Assembly (NCBI GenBank): GCA_963733295.1 | Contig: CAVTCS010000003.1 | Span: 2,240,001 to 2,304,000, forward strand | Direction of reading: 5' to 3' | DNA length: 64,000 nucleotides | Source: Vulcanimicrobiota bacterium | GTDB lineage: Bacteria > Vulcanimicrobiota > Vulcanimicrobiia > Vulcanimicrobiales > Vulcanimicrobiaceae | Shown here: in pieces, positions 56,102 through 64,000 of the stretch | How positions within the stretch are numbered: position 1 is the first letter of the stretch | Layout of the letters: the number at the start of each line of letters is the position of its first letter | Notes under the pieces: model-generated | Databases searched by the model: none | The model's input: only the letters and a program-made list of their open reading frames with translations | What the model was told of the DNA's origin: nothing | Position numbers and translations under genes: made by a program

Positions 56102-56518
56102 TTACGCCGAGCGCTTCGCCATCGAACGCCCCGCATGCTCGTGAACGACGTGCGTGTACTGACCGTTTCGCGAAGTGATACCCCGCTTGACTTCAGTCGT
56201 CAACATCGTTTGAGCTCCGAGGTGCCGGGCGGCGTACTCGCAGGCACGCCAGGGGTCCGTGTGATCGCCACACGTGTAAAAATCGACCGCTGCATAGCCT
56301 GCTTCCGGCCAAGTGTGAATCGAGAGGTGCGACTCGGCGATCACGACGACGCCCGAGACGCCCTGGGGCTGGAACCGGTGAAAGGCAACTTTCAAAATTT
56401 CCGCGTTGGCCTCTTGGGCCGCGGCGACCATGATCGAGCGGACGCGCTCGACGTCGGTGAGGGTGCGGGCATCGCAGCCCGACAGTTCGCAGATGATGTG
56501 CGTCCCACGTGCTTCCAA
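56102..56518 (-). CDS. speD: S-adenosylmethionine decarboxylase proenzyme
   Basis: GTHIICEL, FQPQGVSGVVVIAESHLSIHTWPE, DFYTCG; GAGGAG RBS before TTG 56518. Confidence 0.93.
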   Translation of the reverse strand: MEARGTHIICELSGCDARTLTDVERVRSIMVAAAQEANAEILKVAFHRFQPQGVSGVVVIAESHLSIHTWPEAGYAAVDFYTCGDHTDPWRACEYAARHLGAQTMLTTEVKRGITSRNGQYTHVVHEHAGRSMAKRSA

Positions 56519-56744
56519 TTTTTCTCCTCGGGTCTGGCTGGGGAATCCCACCTCCAGGCTGCGTCGGCTGGCGCGTGCGGTGCACTTGCGTCCCCGACCT
56601 TTCGACGAGATCTTTCCGGCGCTGCCGAGCGATCGGCAGGCGAGCGTCTCGCCGCGATGGCACGTAGGGCGTGCCGCCCCTGTTTTGCCGCTTTGACGGC
56701 GCGGACCACAAGGGGTTCCTCTAGGAGACGCCCGTGGGGTCCGC
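56519..56744 (-). promoter_or_regulatory. Structured 5' leader of speD, class unknown
   Basis: -10-like TATGAT (56755-56750) followed by about six consecutive hairpins. Confidence 0.45.
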
Positions 56745-56857
56745 GGCCCATCATACCCCCCACGGACCCCCCTGTAAAGGACTTTGCGGCCGAGATTTTC
56801 AACAATACCCTTAAGTATCTTGACTATCACGGCCTGGGGCCGTAGCCTAGAGAGGAT

Positions 56858-58279
56858 ATGGCAACGCCCCTCAACGTCGCTCCCGAAACGCTGAACGAAG
56901 ACTACCGCCACGGTTTTCACGACTCGGAAGACGCTTACGCCTTCAAGTCGGCCAAGGGCCTCACGCGGGAGATCGTTCAGCGCATCTCCTCGATGAAAAA
57001 CGAGCCGGCTTGGATGACGGCCTTCAGGCTGAAAGCGTACGAGCTGTTCCGCGCCAAGCCGATGCCGGATTGGGCCGACACCGCGTTGCTGAACGAGATC
57101 GACTTCGACGACATTCACTACTTCGTCAAAGCCTCCGAGAAGCAGAGTCAGAACTGGGACGACGTCCCCGAGGACATCAAGCGCACCTTCGACCGGCTCG
57201 GCATCCCCGAAGCCGAGCGTAAGTTCTTGTCGGGCGTTTCCGCGCAGTACGAATCGGAAGTGGTCTACCACTCGGTGCGCGAGGACCTCGAAAAAGACGG
57301 CGTCATCTTCTGCGACATGGATACGGCGCTGCGCGATCATTCCGAGATCCTCAAGAAGTATTTCGCAACGGTGATCCCGCCCGGCGACAACAAGTTCGCC
57401 GCGCTCAATTCGTCCGTTTGGTCGGGTGGCTCGTTCGTGTACGTCCCGCCGGGTGTCGAAGTGAAGACGCCGCTGCAGGCTTACTTCCGCATCAACACCG
57501 AGAACATGGGACAGTTCGAGCGAACCCTGATCATCGCCGACGTTGGATCGAAGGTTCACTACATCGAAGGTTGCACGGCGCCGCAGTTCTCGACTGCCTC
57601 GCTGCACTCGGCGGTCGTCGAACTGATCGCGATGGAAGGCGCCTCGATCCGCTACACGACGATTCAGAACTGGTACCGCAACATCTTCAATCTCGTCACC
57701 AAGCGCGCCGTCGCGTATAAGAACGCGACCGTCGAATGGGTCGACGGAAACATCGGCTCGCGCTTGACGATGAAGTATCCGGCCATCTACTTGATGGGCG
57801 AAGGTGCGCGGGGCGAGATCCTTTCGATGGCGTTCGCCGGAGAGGGACAGCACCAGGACGCGGGCGCGAAGATGATCCACGCTGCGCCCAACACGACTTC
57901 GGTCGTCACGAACAAGTCGGTCAGCGCGCACGGTGGCAAAACCACCTATCGCGGTCTCGTCGAAATCTTCCCGGGTGCGGTCGGTGCGAAGACGCGCGTG
58001 CGCTGCGATGCGCTCATCATGGACGACAAGTCCTCGAGCGATACGAAACCAACGATGAAAATCAACGAGCAGCGCGCGACCGTCGAGCATGAGGCAAGCG
58101 TCTCGAAGATCGGCGAGGAGCAGCTGTTCTATGCGATGTCGCGCGGGCTTTCCGAAGCCGACGCGACCGGCATGATCGTCAACGGCTTCTTCGATTTCTT
58201 CGTCAAGGAACTGCCGATGGAGTACGCCGTCGAGCTCAACCGTCTCATCAAGATGGAGATGGAAGGCGCCGTCGGTTAA
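56858..58279 (+). CDS. sufB: Fe-S cluster assembly protein SufB
   Basis: [45 protein letters not shown]. Confidence 0.97.
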   Translation: MATPLNVAPETLNEDYRHGFHDSEDAYAFKSAKGLTREIVQRISSMKNEPAWMTAFRLKAYELFRAKPMPDWADTALLNEIDFDDIHYFVKASEKQSQNWDDVPEDIKRTFDRLGIPEAERKFLSGVSAQYESEVVYHSVREDLEKDGVIFCDMDTALRDHSEILKKYFATVIPPGDNKFAALNSSVWSGGSFVYVPPGVEVKTPLQAYFRINTENMGQFERTLIIADVGSKVHYIEGCTAPQFSTASLHSAVVELIAMEGASIRYTTIQNWYRNIFNLVTKRAVAYKNATVEWVDGNIGSRLTMKYPAIYLMGEGARGEILSMAFAGEGQHQDAGAKMIHAAPNTTSVVTNKSVSAHGGKTTYRGLVEIFPGAVGAKTRVRCDALIMDDKSSSDTKPTMKINEQRATVEHEASVSKIGEEQLFYAMSRGLSEADATGMIVNGFFDFFVKELPMEYAVELNRLIKMEMEGAVG

Positions 58280-58580
58280 AGTCGCGAGCGTCTCCGACAT
58301 CGCTCCGGAGACGACGCTCAAGGTCGAAGTCGACGGAACCCCGGTGTTGCTTTGCAACGTCGCGGGCTCAATCTACGCGATTGAGGACGTCTGCACGCAC
58401 GACGGCGGCGAGCTGGATCAAGGCGTGCTGGAGGGCGAACGGATCATGTGTCCGCGTCACGGGGCCTACTTCGACGTGACGACCGGCGCGGCGCTCACGC
58501 TGCCCGCAGTTCTCCCGGTTCGAACGTTCCCCGTTCGGGTCGAAGGCGACGGGGTTTACCTCGAAGCGCCGGAAGGATAG
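58275..58580 (+). CDS. Rieske 2Fe-2S ferredoxin, start codon unclear
   Basis: CTHD and CPRHG. The frame extends 23 codons upstream of GTG 58344 as [23 protein letters not shown]. Confidence 0.88.
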   Translation, partial: VKVASVSDIAPETTLKVEVDGTPVLLCNVAGSIYAIEDVCTHDGGELDQGVLEGERIMCPRHGAYFDVTTGAALTLPAVLPVRTFPVRVEGDGVYLEAPEG

Positions 58581-58647
58581 CGCGCGGGCCCCGACACGTC
58601 ACCTTTGTTGAGTTACTCACACGCCGCCGGGCGGTAGAGTGGACTCC

Positions 58648-59487
58648 ATGACTCCGAGGTTCCTGATGTGTCCGCCGACCAACTTTTCGGTCGCGTACGA
58701 CATCAATCCATGGATGACGCGCAACGTCGGAACCCCGACGCTCGAGGCCGTGCGTCAGTGGGAGCGCTTCGTCGAGGTTCTGGAGTGCGCGGGCGAGGTG
58801 CGCATCGAGTCGCTCGAGCCACGTCCCGGCGTCCCCGATTTGGTCTTCACCGCAAATGCCGCCTTGATCAGCGGACGGCTCGCAATCATGAGCAGTTTCC
58901 GCCATCCCGAACGCCGGCGCGAACAGAGCACGTTTCGCGCTTGGCTGGCTCAACACGGCGGCTTCGCCACGACCTTCTTGGAGCAGACATTTTTCGAGGG
59001 CGCCGGCGACGCGCTCTTCGACCGGCGCCGCCCGGTACTTTACGCCGGCTACGGCTGGCGCACGGAACGCGCCGCGACCTCACAAATCTCCGAAACGCTC
59101 GGCGTGCGCACGATTCCGCTATTGCTCGTCGACGAGCGCTTCTATCACCTCCACACGTGCCTCTGTCCGCTGGCCAGCGGACACGTCATGGTCTACATGG
59201 ACGCCTTTTCGCCACACGCGCAAAAGACGCTGCGACGCACGATCGAACCGGAGTGGCTGATCGAAGTCGGAGTTGAGGACGCGTTGACATTCGCCTGCAA
59301 CGCGGTCGAGATCGGCGATGCGCTCGTGCTGCACGACGCAACCCCGCGCTTACGCGAACGGCTCCGCGACGCCGGGTACCGCGTTTTCGCGACCGATCTC
59401 TCGGAGTTCCATCGAGCCGGCGGCTCGGCCAAATGTCTGACCCTGCGTCTCGACGACGGTCCGGCCTGCGCGGAGGCGGCTGCTTAA
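58648..59487 (+). CDS. Amidinotransferase/dimethylargininase family protein
   Basis: LMCPP, INPWM, PDLVFTANA, FEGAGD, FYHLHTC, GGSAKCL. Confidence 0.88.
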   Translation: MTPRFLMCPPTNFSVAYDINPWMTRNVGTPTLEAVRQWERFVEVLECAGEVRIESLEPRPGVPDLVFTANAALISGRLAIMSSFRHPERRREQSTFRAWLAQHGGFATTFLEQTFFEGAGDALFDRRRPVLYAGYGWRTERAATSQISETLGVRTIPLLLVDERFYHLHTCLCPLASGHVMVYMDAFSPHAQKTLRRTIEPEWLIEVGVEDALTFACNAVEIGDALVLHDATPRLRERLRDAGYRVFATDLSEFHRAGGSAKCLTLRLDDGPACAEAAA

Positions 59488-59508
59488 CTCGCACGTAACA
59501 GTCCGCCT

Positions 59509-61110
59509 GTGAAATGCCGGCTCGGCGCTATCCTCGGCCTGCTTTTGCTCGCTTCGACGACGGTGGTCCCCGCGCAAACGCCGGCGGCGCGCGCTACGTT
59601 GCGCATGATATCGGGTACGGAGCCGTTGACTCTCAATCCGATCCTACTAACGACGGCACAGGACGACGAGGTGTTCGCTCTGTTCAGCGATCTGCTCGTC
59701 GTCAGCGACGATCGCGGAGGAATCTCGCCGCAGCTCGCAGCGCGCGTTCCGACCTTGCAAAACGGCGACATCTCCAAGGACGGTCTCTCGATCGCGTACC
59801 ACCTGCGGCACGGCGTGAAGTGGCACGACGGCGTTCCTTTTACCAGCAAGGACGTGCGCTTCTCTTGGGAAGCGGTTATGAATCCGCGCAACAACGTCGC
59901 CTCGCGAACGGGTTACGATCTGGTCCAGCGCGTCGAGTTGCCTGACGACTACACAGCGATCTTCCGGCTGAAAAGGCGCTACGCGCCGGCCGTTCTGTCG
60001 CTCTTCGGCGGCGGTTCGAACTGCCGCTTGATCCCCGAGCATCTCCTAGGTAAAGAGTCGAGCTTGAACCAGGTCGATTTCAACCAGCATCCGGTCGGCA
60101 CCGGACCGTTCAAGGTCGTGTCCTGGAAACGCGGGCAGTCGCTCGAGCTTGCCGCAAACGACGATTACTTTCTCGGCAAGCCGAAACTGTCTCGCATCGT
60201 CGTTCAGTTCGTGCCGAGCTCGACGACGGCAGGAATCATGTTGAGGACGCACGAGACCGATCTCGCACGACTCGACTCGGCGACGTACCGCGAGGTGCGC
60301 GACGATCCCGGGATTCGCGTCGTGCTCACGCCGCAGTTCGCGTTCATTGCTCTCCAGCTCAACGTATCGCGACCGGCTTTGCACGACGTGCGCGTGCGGC
60401 GCGCGTTGGCATACGCCATCGATCGCGCGTCAATCGTCGAAAAAGATACGTTCGGCACGGGCCAGGTCGCCGACGGCGACCTCGGCCCCATCTCGTGGGC
60501 CCACAGCGACGAAGTCACGCACTATCCCTTCGATCCGGCGAAGGCCAAGGCGTTGCTCGACGAAGCGGGCTGGAAAACCGGACCCGACGGCATCCGCCAG
60601 AAGGACCGAAAACGGCTCGAGCTCGAGATGGTCGAGGCCACCGGCGGTACGACTGGACACAACGAAGACGTTCAAGTTCAGCAGATGCTGCACGACGTCG
60701 GAATCGTTCTGACGATCAAAGGATACGCGCCGAGCCTCGTCTTCGCGCCCGCAAGTCAAGGCGGCGTTTTGCCGTCCGGCAACTACGATGCCTACATCTC
60801 GGGATGGATCGGCGGTGCAGACCCCGATAATGCATCCAACTTCACGTGCGCCGCGATCTCCCCGGCCGGCCAAAATTCGATGCGATACTGCAGCAGGACG
60901 CTCGACGCCGCCGAGAGTGAAGCCCTTGGGACCTACGATTTGGCGGCTCGTAAGCGCGCCTATGCCGAAATCGAGCGAATTCTTTCGGAGGACCTTCCGA
61001 TGATCTTCCTCTACTGGCCGAAGGGCCGCTTCGGCATGAACCGGGCGCTCCGGGGCTTCGCGACCAACGGCGTGACCGTCACGTGGAATGCCTACGCCTG
61101 GTCGCTTTAG
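59509..61110 (+). CDS. Peptide/nickel ABC transporter substrate-binding protein (family 5)
   Basis: LRHGVKWHDGVPFTSKDVRFS, PVGTGPF, VRRALAYAIDR, KAKALLDEAGW. Confidence 0.92.
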   Translation: MKCRLGAILGLLLLASTTVVPAQTPAARATLRMISGTEPLTLNPILLTTAQDDEVFALFSDLLVVSDDRGGISPQLAARVPTLQNGDISKDGLSIAYHLRHGVKWHDGVPFTSKDVRFSWEAVMNPRNNVASRTGYDLVQRVELPDDYTAIFRLKRRYAPAVLSLFGGGSNCRLIPEHLLGKESSLNQVDFNQHPVGTGPFKVVSWKRGQSLELAANDDYFLGKPKLSRIVVQFVPSSTTAGIMLRTHETDLARLDSATYREVRDDPGIRVVLTPQFAFIALQLNVSRPALHDVRVRRALAYAIDRASIVEKDTFGTGQVADGDLGPISWAHSDEVTHYPFDPAKAKALLDEAGWKTGPDGIRQKDRKRLELEMVEATGGTTGHNEDVQVQQMLHDVGIVLTIKGYAPSLVFAPASQGGVLPSGNYDAYISGWIGGADPDNASNFTCAAISPAGQNSMRYCSRTLDAAESEALGTYDLAARKRAYAEIERILSEDLPMIFLYWPKGRFGMNRALRGFATNGVTVTWNAYAWSL

Positions 61111-61151
61111 CGTTCCGGCTCGTGCGGAGCCGCGAAGGACGCCTTTTCAAA

Positions 61152-61180
61152 TTGACTTCGCAGCGGGCCGATGTTAGACT
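61152..61180 (+). promoter_or_regulatory. Sigma70-type promoter of rplU, very short leader
   Basis: TTGACT-17 nt-TAGACT with TG extension; ATG lies 9 nt after the -10 box. Confidence 0.7.
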
Positions 61181-61189
61181 ACCGCAGTT

Positions 61190-61510
61190 ATGTACGCGAT
61201 CATCGAGGCGGACGGCAAACAGTTCCGCGTCAGCGAAGGCGACACGATCCGATGCGATGCGATCGACCGTGAGGTCGGCGCTCAAATCGCCTTCGAGCAG
61301 GTCGTTTTCGCCAGCGCCGGCGGCGCTCACGTCACCGTCGGCCGTCCCCACGTCGAAGGCGCGCGGGTCGTCGGAACCGTCATCAAGCAGGCCAAAGACA
61401 AGAAGATCCTCGTCTTCAAGTACAAGCCGAAGAAGCGGGTTCGCAAGCTGACCGGCCATCGCCAGCGCTTCGCCGAGGTCCGCATCGACAAGATCGAGCT
61501 GCCCAGCTAA
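61190..61510 (+). CDS. rplU: 50S ribosomal protein L21
   Basis: MYAIIEADGKQFRV, KILVFKYKPKK, GHRQ. Confidence 0.97.
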   Translation: MYAIIEADGKQFRVSEGDTIRCDAIDREVGAQIAFEQVVFASAGGAHVTVGRPHVEGARVVGTVIKQAKDKKILVFKYKPKKRVRKLTGHRQRFAEVRIDKIELPS

Positions 61511-61515
61511 GCAAT

Positions 61516-61854
61516 TTGGTTACGATCCGAGTCCGTAAAGACAGCCGCCGGCGGCTGTCTTCGTTTTTGGCGACCGGGCACGCCGGCTGGGCGCAGAGCG
61601 GCAGCGACGTCGTCTGTGCGGCCGTGTCGACCATCCTGCAAACCGCCTGGCTCGGCCTTTCCGAGGTTGCGGGCGTCACAGTTGAGGGCTCGCGCCGGAG
61701 CAGCCGGCTCGAACTGCATTGGCCGGAGGAGATGCGTTCGCGGGCCGTCGTTCGTGCGATCGTCGAGACGGCGGCGCATGCATTGGAAGCCTTGGCGGTA
61801 CAATATCCCGACAACATCCGCCTCGTACCCGAAGCGGAGCCCCCCTCGAAGTAA
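61516..61854 (+). CDS. prp: Ribosomal-processing cysteine protease Prp (YsxB)
   Basis: GHAG..SGSDVVCAAVS, QYPDNI; follows rplU. Confidence 0.9.
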   Translation: MVTIRVRKDSRRRLSSFLATGHAGWAQSGSDVVCAAVSTILQTAWLGLSEVAGVTVEGSRRSSRLELHWPEEMRSRAVVRAIVETAAHALEALAVQYPDNIRLVPEAEPPSK

Positions 61855-61872
61855 GCGAAGGACCGCAGCACC

Positions 61873-62127
61873 ATGACCGACCTCTACAAGCCGATCTCCG
61901 AAGAGCGAAACCACAATAGCGCGAAAGATCCGCAGCCGGAACCGGCCGCGAATTCCAACGAGGCCGGCCGTACGCTGCTCATCGGCGTCCTGGGTGGAAT
62001 CGTTTCCGCCGCAGGATACCTGATTTACACCCGCCTGCCCGAAGAGCAGAAGGACAAGCTGAACCAGCAAGTCCGGACCGTCGTCGAGTCCCGGGTCAAC
62101 GAGTTCCGCTCCCGCCTGAACTTCTAG
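61873..62127 (+). CDS. Small single-TM hypothetical protein
   Basis: AAGGA RBS; TM segment LLIGVLGGIVSAAGYLIY. Confidence 0.75.
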   Translation: MTDLYKPISEERNHNSAKDPQPEPAANSNEAGRTLLIGVLGGIVSAAGYLIYTRLPEEQKDKLNQQVRTVVESRVNEFRSRLNF

Positions 62128-62402
62128 CCCGCGGCGCCTTCGGGCGGCACCTTCTCCTCCGCTGCGGCCGTCTCGGCCGGCTGCGGTTCGGCCACGTACG
62201 GGACCGGCTCCATGCGAGCCGCGGCTTCCTTGAATTCGGCTTCGTCCGCCGCGCGCTCCATCTCGCGAATGAACGACTGCGAGGTCGACTGAATGTCGCG
62301 CATGACGTGGCCGGCCCGGCGCGCGACCTTGGGAAGTTGGTCGGGGCCGAAAAAAAGCAGCGCGGCGGCGCCCAAGATGAGCATGTCAGCCGGCGACAGC
62401 AA
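62124..62402 (-). CDS. tatA: Twin-arginine translocase TatA/TatB family subunit
   Basis: LILGAAALLFFGPDQLPKVAR; AGGAGG RBS before TTG 62402. Confidence 0.82.
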   Translation of the reverse strand: MLSPADMLILGAAALLFFGPDQLPKVARRAGHVMRDIQSTSQSFIREMERAADEAEFKEAAARMEPVPYVAEPQPAETAAAEEKVPPEGAAG

Positions 62403-62484
62403 AGGGTTCCTCCTGCTGCTCGTCCAACGCTGCGCGTCCACCCAAACGGGCCGAAATTTGAGGCAAAGGACTGGCGGCGGCCGC

Positions 62485-62985
62485 TTGAAGATCATTTACA
62501 CGCGCGGGAACCGCACCGAGACGCTGGCGTCGATTTCGACACTGCGCAAGATACTTGGGCGGTTCGTGCGACATCGCGTCTTCTACGAGGTCTCCTCGCG
62601 CAACAAGCGGGGTCATGAATTCTTTTCGACCAAGAACACTTTCGTCGTCGGATCGATCGAAGTCGTCAACCGGGATTACCTGACGATTACGATCTTCGAT
62701 GCGCACAATTCCACTCACTCGATTGAAATCCTGAATCCCTCGGCGATGCGCATCTACGACGAAACGATGGGTAAGGGCTTCGCCGTTTCGTTTTTGAGCG
62801 AGTCGCCCGGCGACGTCGAATCGCGCTGCTACTTGCGTGACGAGGGCGGCGAAGGCGATGCGCTCGAAGAGCGCTGCGAGCTCGAGAAGATCACGCTCCC
62901 CAAACTCTTCGAATATCTCGACGAGATCACGCACGTCCAGGGCGTCGGCGGGCCTCGAGCCGATCCGCCACGCGCAGGTATCTGA
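62485..62985 (+). CDS. Hypothetical protein
   Basis: Protein-like composition from TTG 62485; fills the gap between tatA and the TPR gene. Confidence 0.65.
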   Translation: MKIIYTRGNRTETLASISTLRKILGRFVRHRVFYEVSSRNKRGHEFFSTKNTFVVGSIEVVNRDYLTITIFDAHNSTHSIEILNPSAMRIYDETMGKGFAVSFLSESPGDVESRCYLRDEGGEGDALEERCELEKITLPKLFEYLDEITHVQGVGGPRADPPRAGI

Positions 62986-63409
62986 CGGCCTCGCTGGGCC
63001 GTCCGAGCCGCTTACAGGCCACGCTCAGATTGCGGTACGCGAGCGGGTATGCGGGGTCGGCACGCATCGCCGCCTGGTAGTAATCGACCGCGTCCTCGAG
63101 GTTGCCGTCCTCGAGCAGCAAGTTTCCGATGTTGACGAGCGCAGGCGCGTGTTTCTCGGAACGCTCGAGCGCGTCGCAGAAGGCTGCCAGCGCGTCGTCG
63201 CGCCGCTCGAGGCCGATCAGCGCCACGCCGCGCTTGTTGAGTGCGTCGGCCCGCGCCGGATCGTCCGGCGCGCCGGCCAAGGCCGCTTCGGATTCGCGCA
63301 GCGCGACCTCGTACTCCCCGAACTCGAGGGCGGCGACCGCTCGTTCGTATGGGGTTTGCGGCCGGCGCGGCCCGGCGAACCAGCTGCGGACGTCGAAGGA
63401 GGGACGCAT
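62927..63409 (-). CDS. Tetratricopeptide repeat protein
   Basis: ALNKRGVAL, ALVNIGNLL, AYRNLSVA repeats. Confidence 0.85.
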   Translation of the reverse strand: MRPSFDVRSWFAGPRRPQTPYERAVAALEFGEYEVALRESEAALAGAPDDPARADALNKRGVALIGLERRDDALAAFCDALERSEKHAPALVNIGNLLLEDGNLEDAVDYYQAAMRADPAYPLAYRNLSVACKRLGRPSEAVRYLRVADRLEARRRPGRA

Positions 63410-64000
63410 TGAACGCCCTCCTTCACGTTGACGTCGTCACGCTCTTCCCGGAGATGTTCGCTCCGGCGATCGGACTCTCGATCCTGGGCCGTGCCCAGGA
63501 GCGCGGTGTCGTCCGGATCGAGCTGCATCACATCCTCGACGCGCTCGACGGAAGCGAGCGGGCCGACGACCGGCCCTACGGCGGCGGCCCCGGAATGGTC
63601 TTGCGCCTCGAACCGATCGCGCGAATTTTGGACCGGATCCTCGCGGCCGCCCCACCGGACGAGCGGCGGCAAATCGTCGTCACCTCGCCTTCAGGGCACG
63701 CTTTCGCGCATGCCGACGCGGTCGACTTCGCGCAACTCGATCGTCTCGTTCTGATCTGCGGCCACTACGAGGGGATCGACGAGCGGCTCGTCGAGCTCTA
63801 TGGCGCCCGGGAGTACTCCCTCGGCGACTTCGTCCTCACCGGCGGCGAGATTCCGGCGCTGGCTTTCCTGGACGCCACCGTCCGGCAGCGAGCCGGGGCA
63901 CTCAACCCCGCCTCGCTCGCGGCCGAGTCGTTCGCCCAGGGCGAGCTCGACGCGCCGGCCTATACCCGGCCGCCCGAGTTCCGGGGTCTTCCGGTACCCG
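63409..64000 (+). CDS. trmD: tRNA (guanine-N1)-methyltransferase, runs off window
   Basis: Manual translation: HVDVVTLFPEMF, DDRPYGGGPGMV, SPSG, ICGHYEGIDER, SLGDFVLTGGE, YTRP. Confidence 0.96.
   Translation, partial: MNALLHVDVVTLFPEMFAPAIGLSILGRAQERGVVRIELHHILDALDGSERADDRPYGGGPGMVLRLEPIARILDRILAAAPPDERRQIVVTSPSGHAFAHADAVDFAQLDRLVLICGHYEGIDERLVELYGAREYSLGDFVLTGGEIPALAFLDATVRQRAGALNPASLAAESFAQGELDAPAYTRPPEFRGLPVP

Noticed and set aside
56519..56744. SAM-I / spermidine riboswitch or firm c-di-GMP-I call for the speD leader
   Set aside because: SAM-I core elements (AUCxAGAG, GCAACC...GUGC) are absent, and only part of the c-di-GMP-I pattern is present.
56519..58357. 751-aa minus-strand ORF 56102-58357 as one protein
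   Set aside because: Only the last 138 codons are SpeD; the rest is the antisense shadow of sufB plus intergenic DNA.
98..63754. Numerous long Arg/Ala-rich overlapping ORFs in the track (e.g. 2808-4313, 8462-9814, 11318-12637, 29806-31032, 54504-55697)
   Set aside because: Antisense or alternate-frame shadows of recognisable genes, expected in high-GC DNA; no motifs.

Overview
High-GC bacterial chromosomal window. The gene set and the Ser/Pro/Thr-rich secreted proteins suggest Candidatus Eremiobacterota or a similar soil Terrabacterium (inference only). Most of it is housekeeping: holB-tmk, Arg/Lys/Orn decarboxylase, bioY, a probable 6S RNA, pdxST, ispE, ubiX, an AdnAB/AddAB-like pair, dinB-nfo, scpAB, gcvT-H-PA-PB, speD/speE, sufB, rplU-prp, tatA and trmD. 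The standout is a ~17 kb block (16831-33982) carrying FOUR fluoride (crcB-class) riboswitches, each with a readable expression platform, and no recognisable Fluc/CLC-F exporter. Two near-identical riboswitches point away from each other. The left one heads a dynamin / MutS-ATPase / MutS-ATPase / dynamin operon. The right one heads small helical proteins. The third precedes a variant metallophosphoesterase. The fourth overlaps a terminator in front of a six-gene hydrogenase-4-like membrane complex whose large subunit lacks the NiFe ligands (Ehr type). Together these form a candidate fluoride-response system. Other observations: several conserved genes appear to need non-canonical start codons (CTG, ATT, GTT), speD has a highly structured leader, and a palindromic double Shine-Dalgarno is shared by divergent trmD and TPR genes. 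All calls were made by eye; no searches were run.
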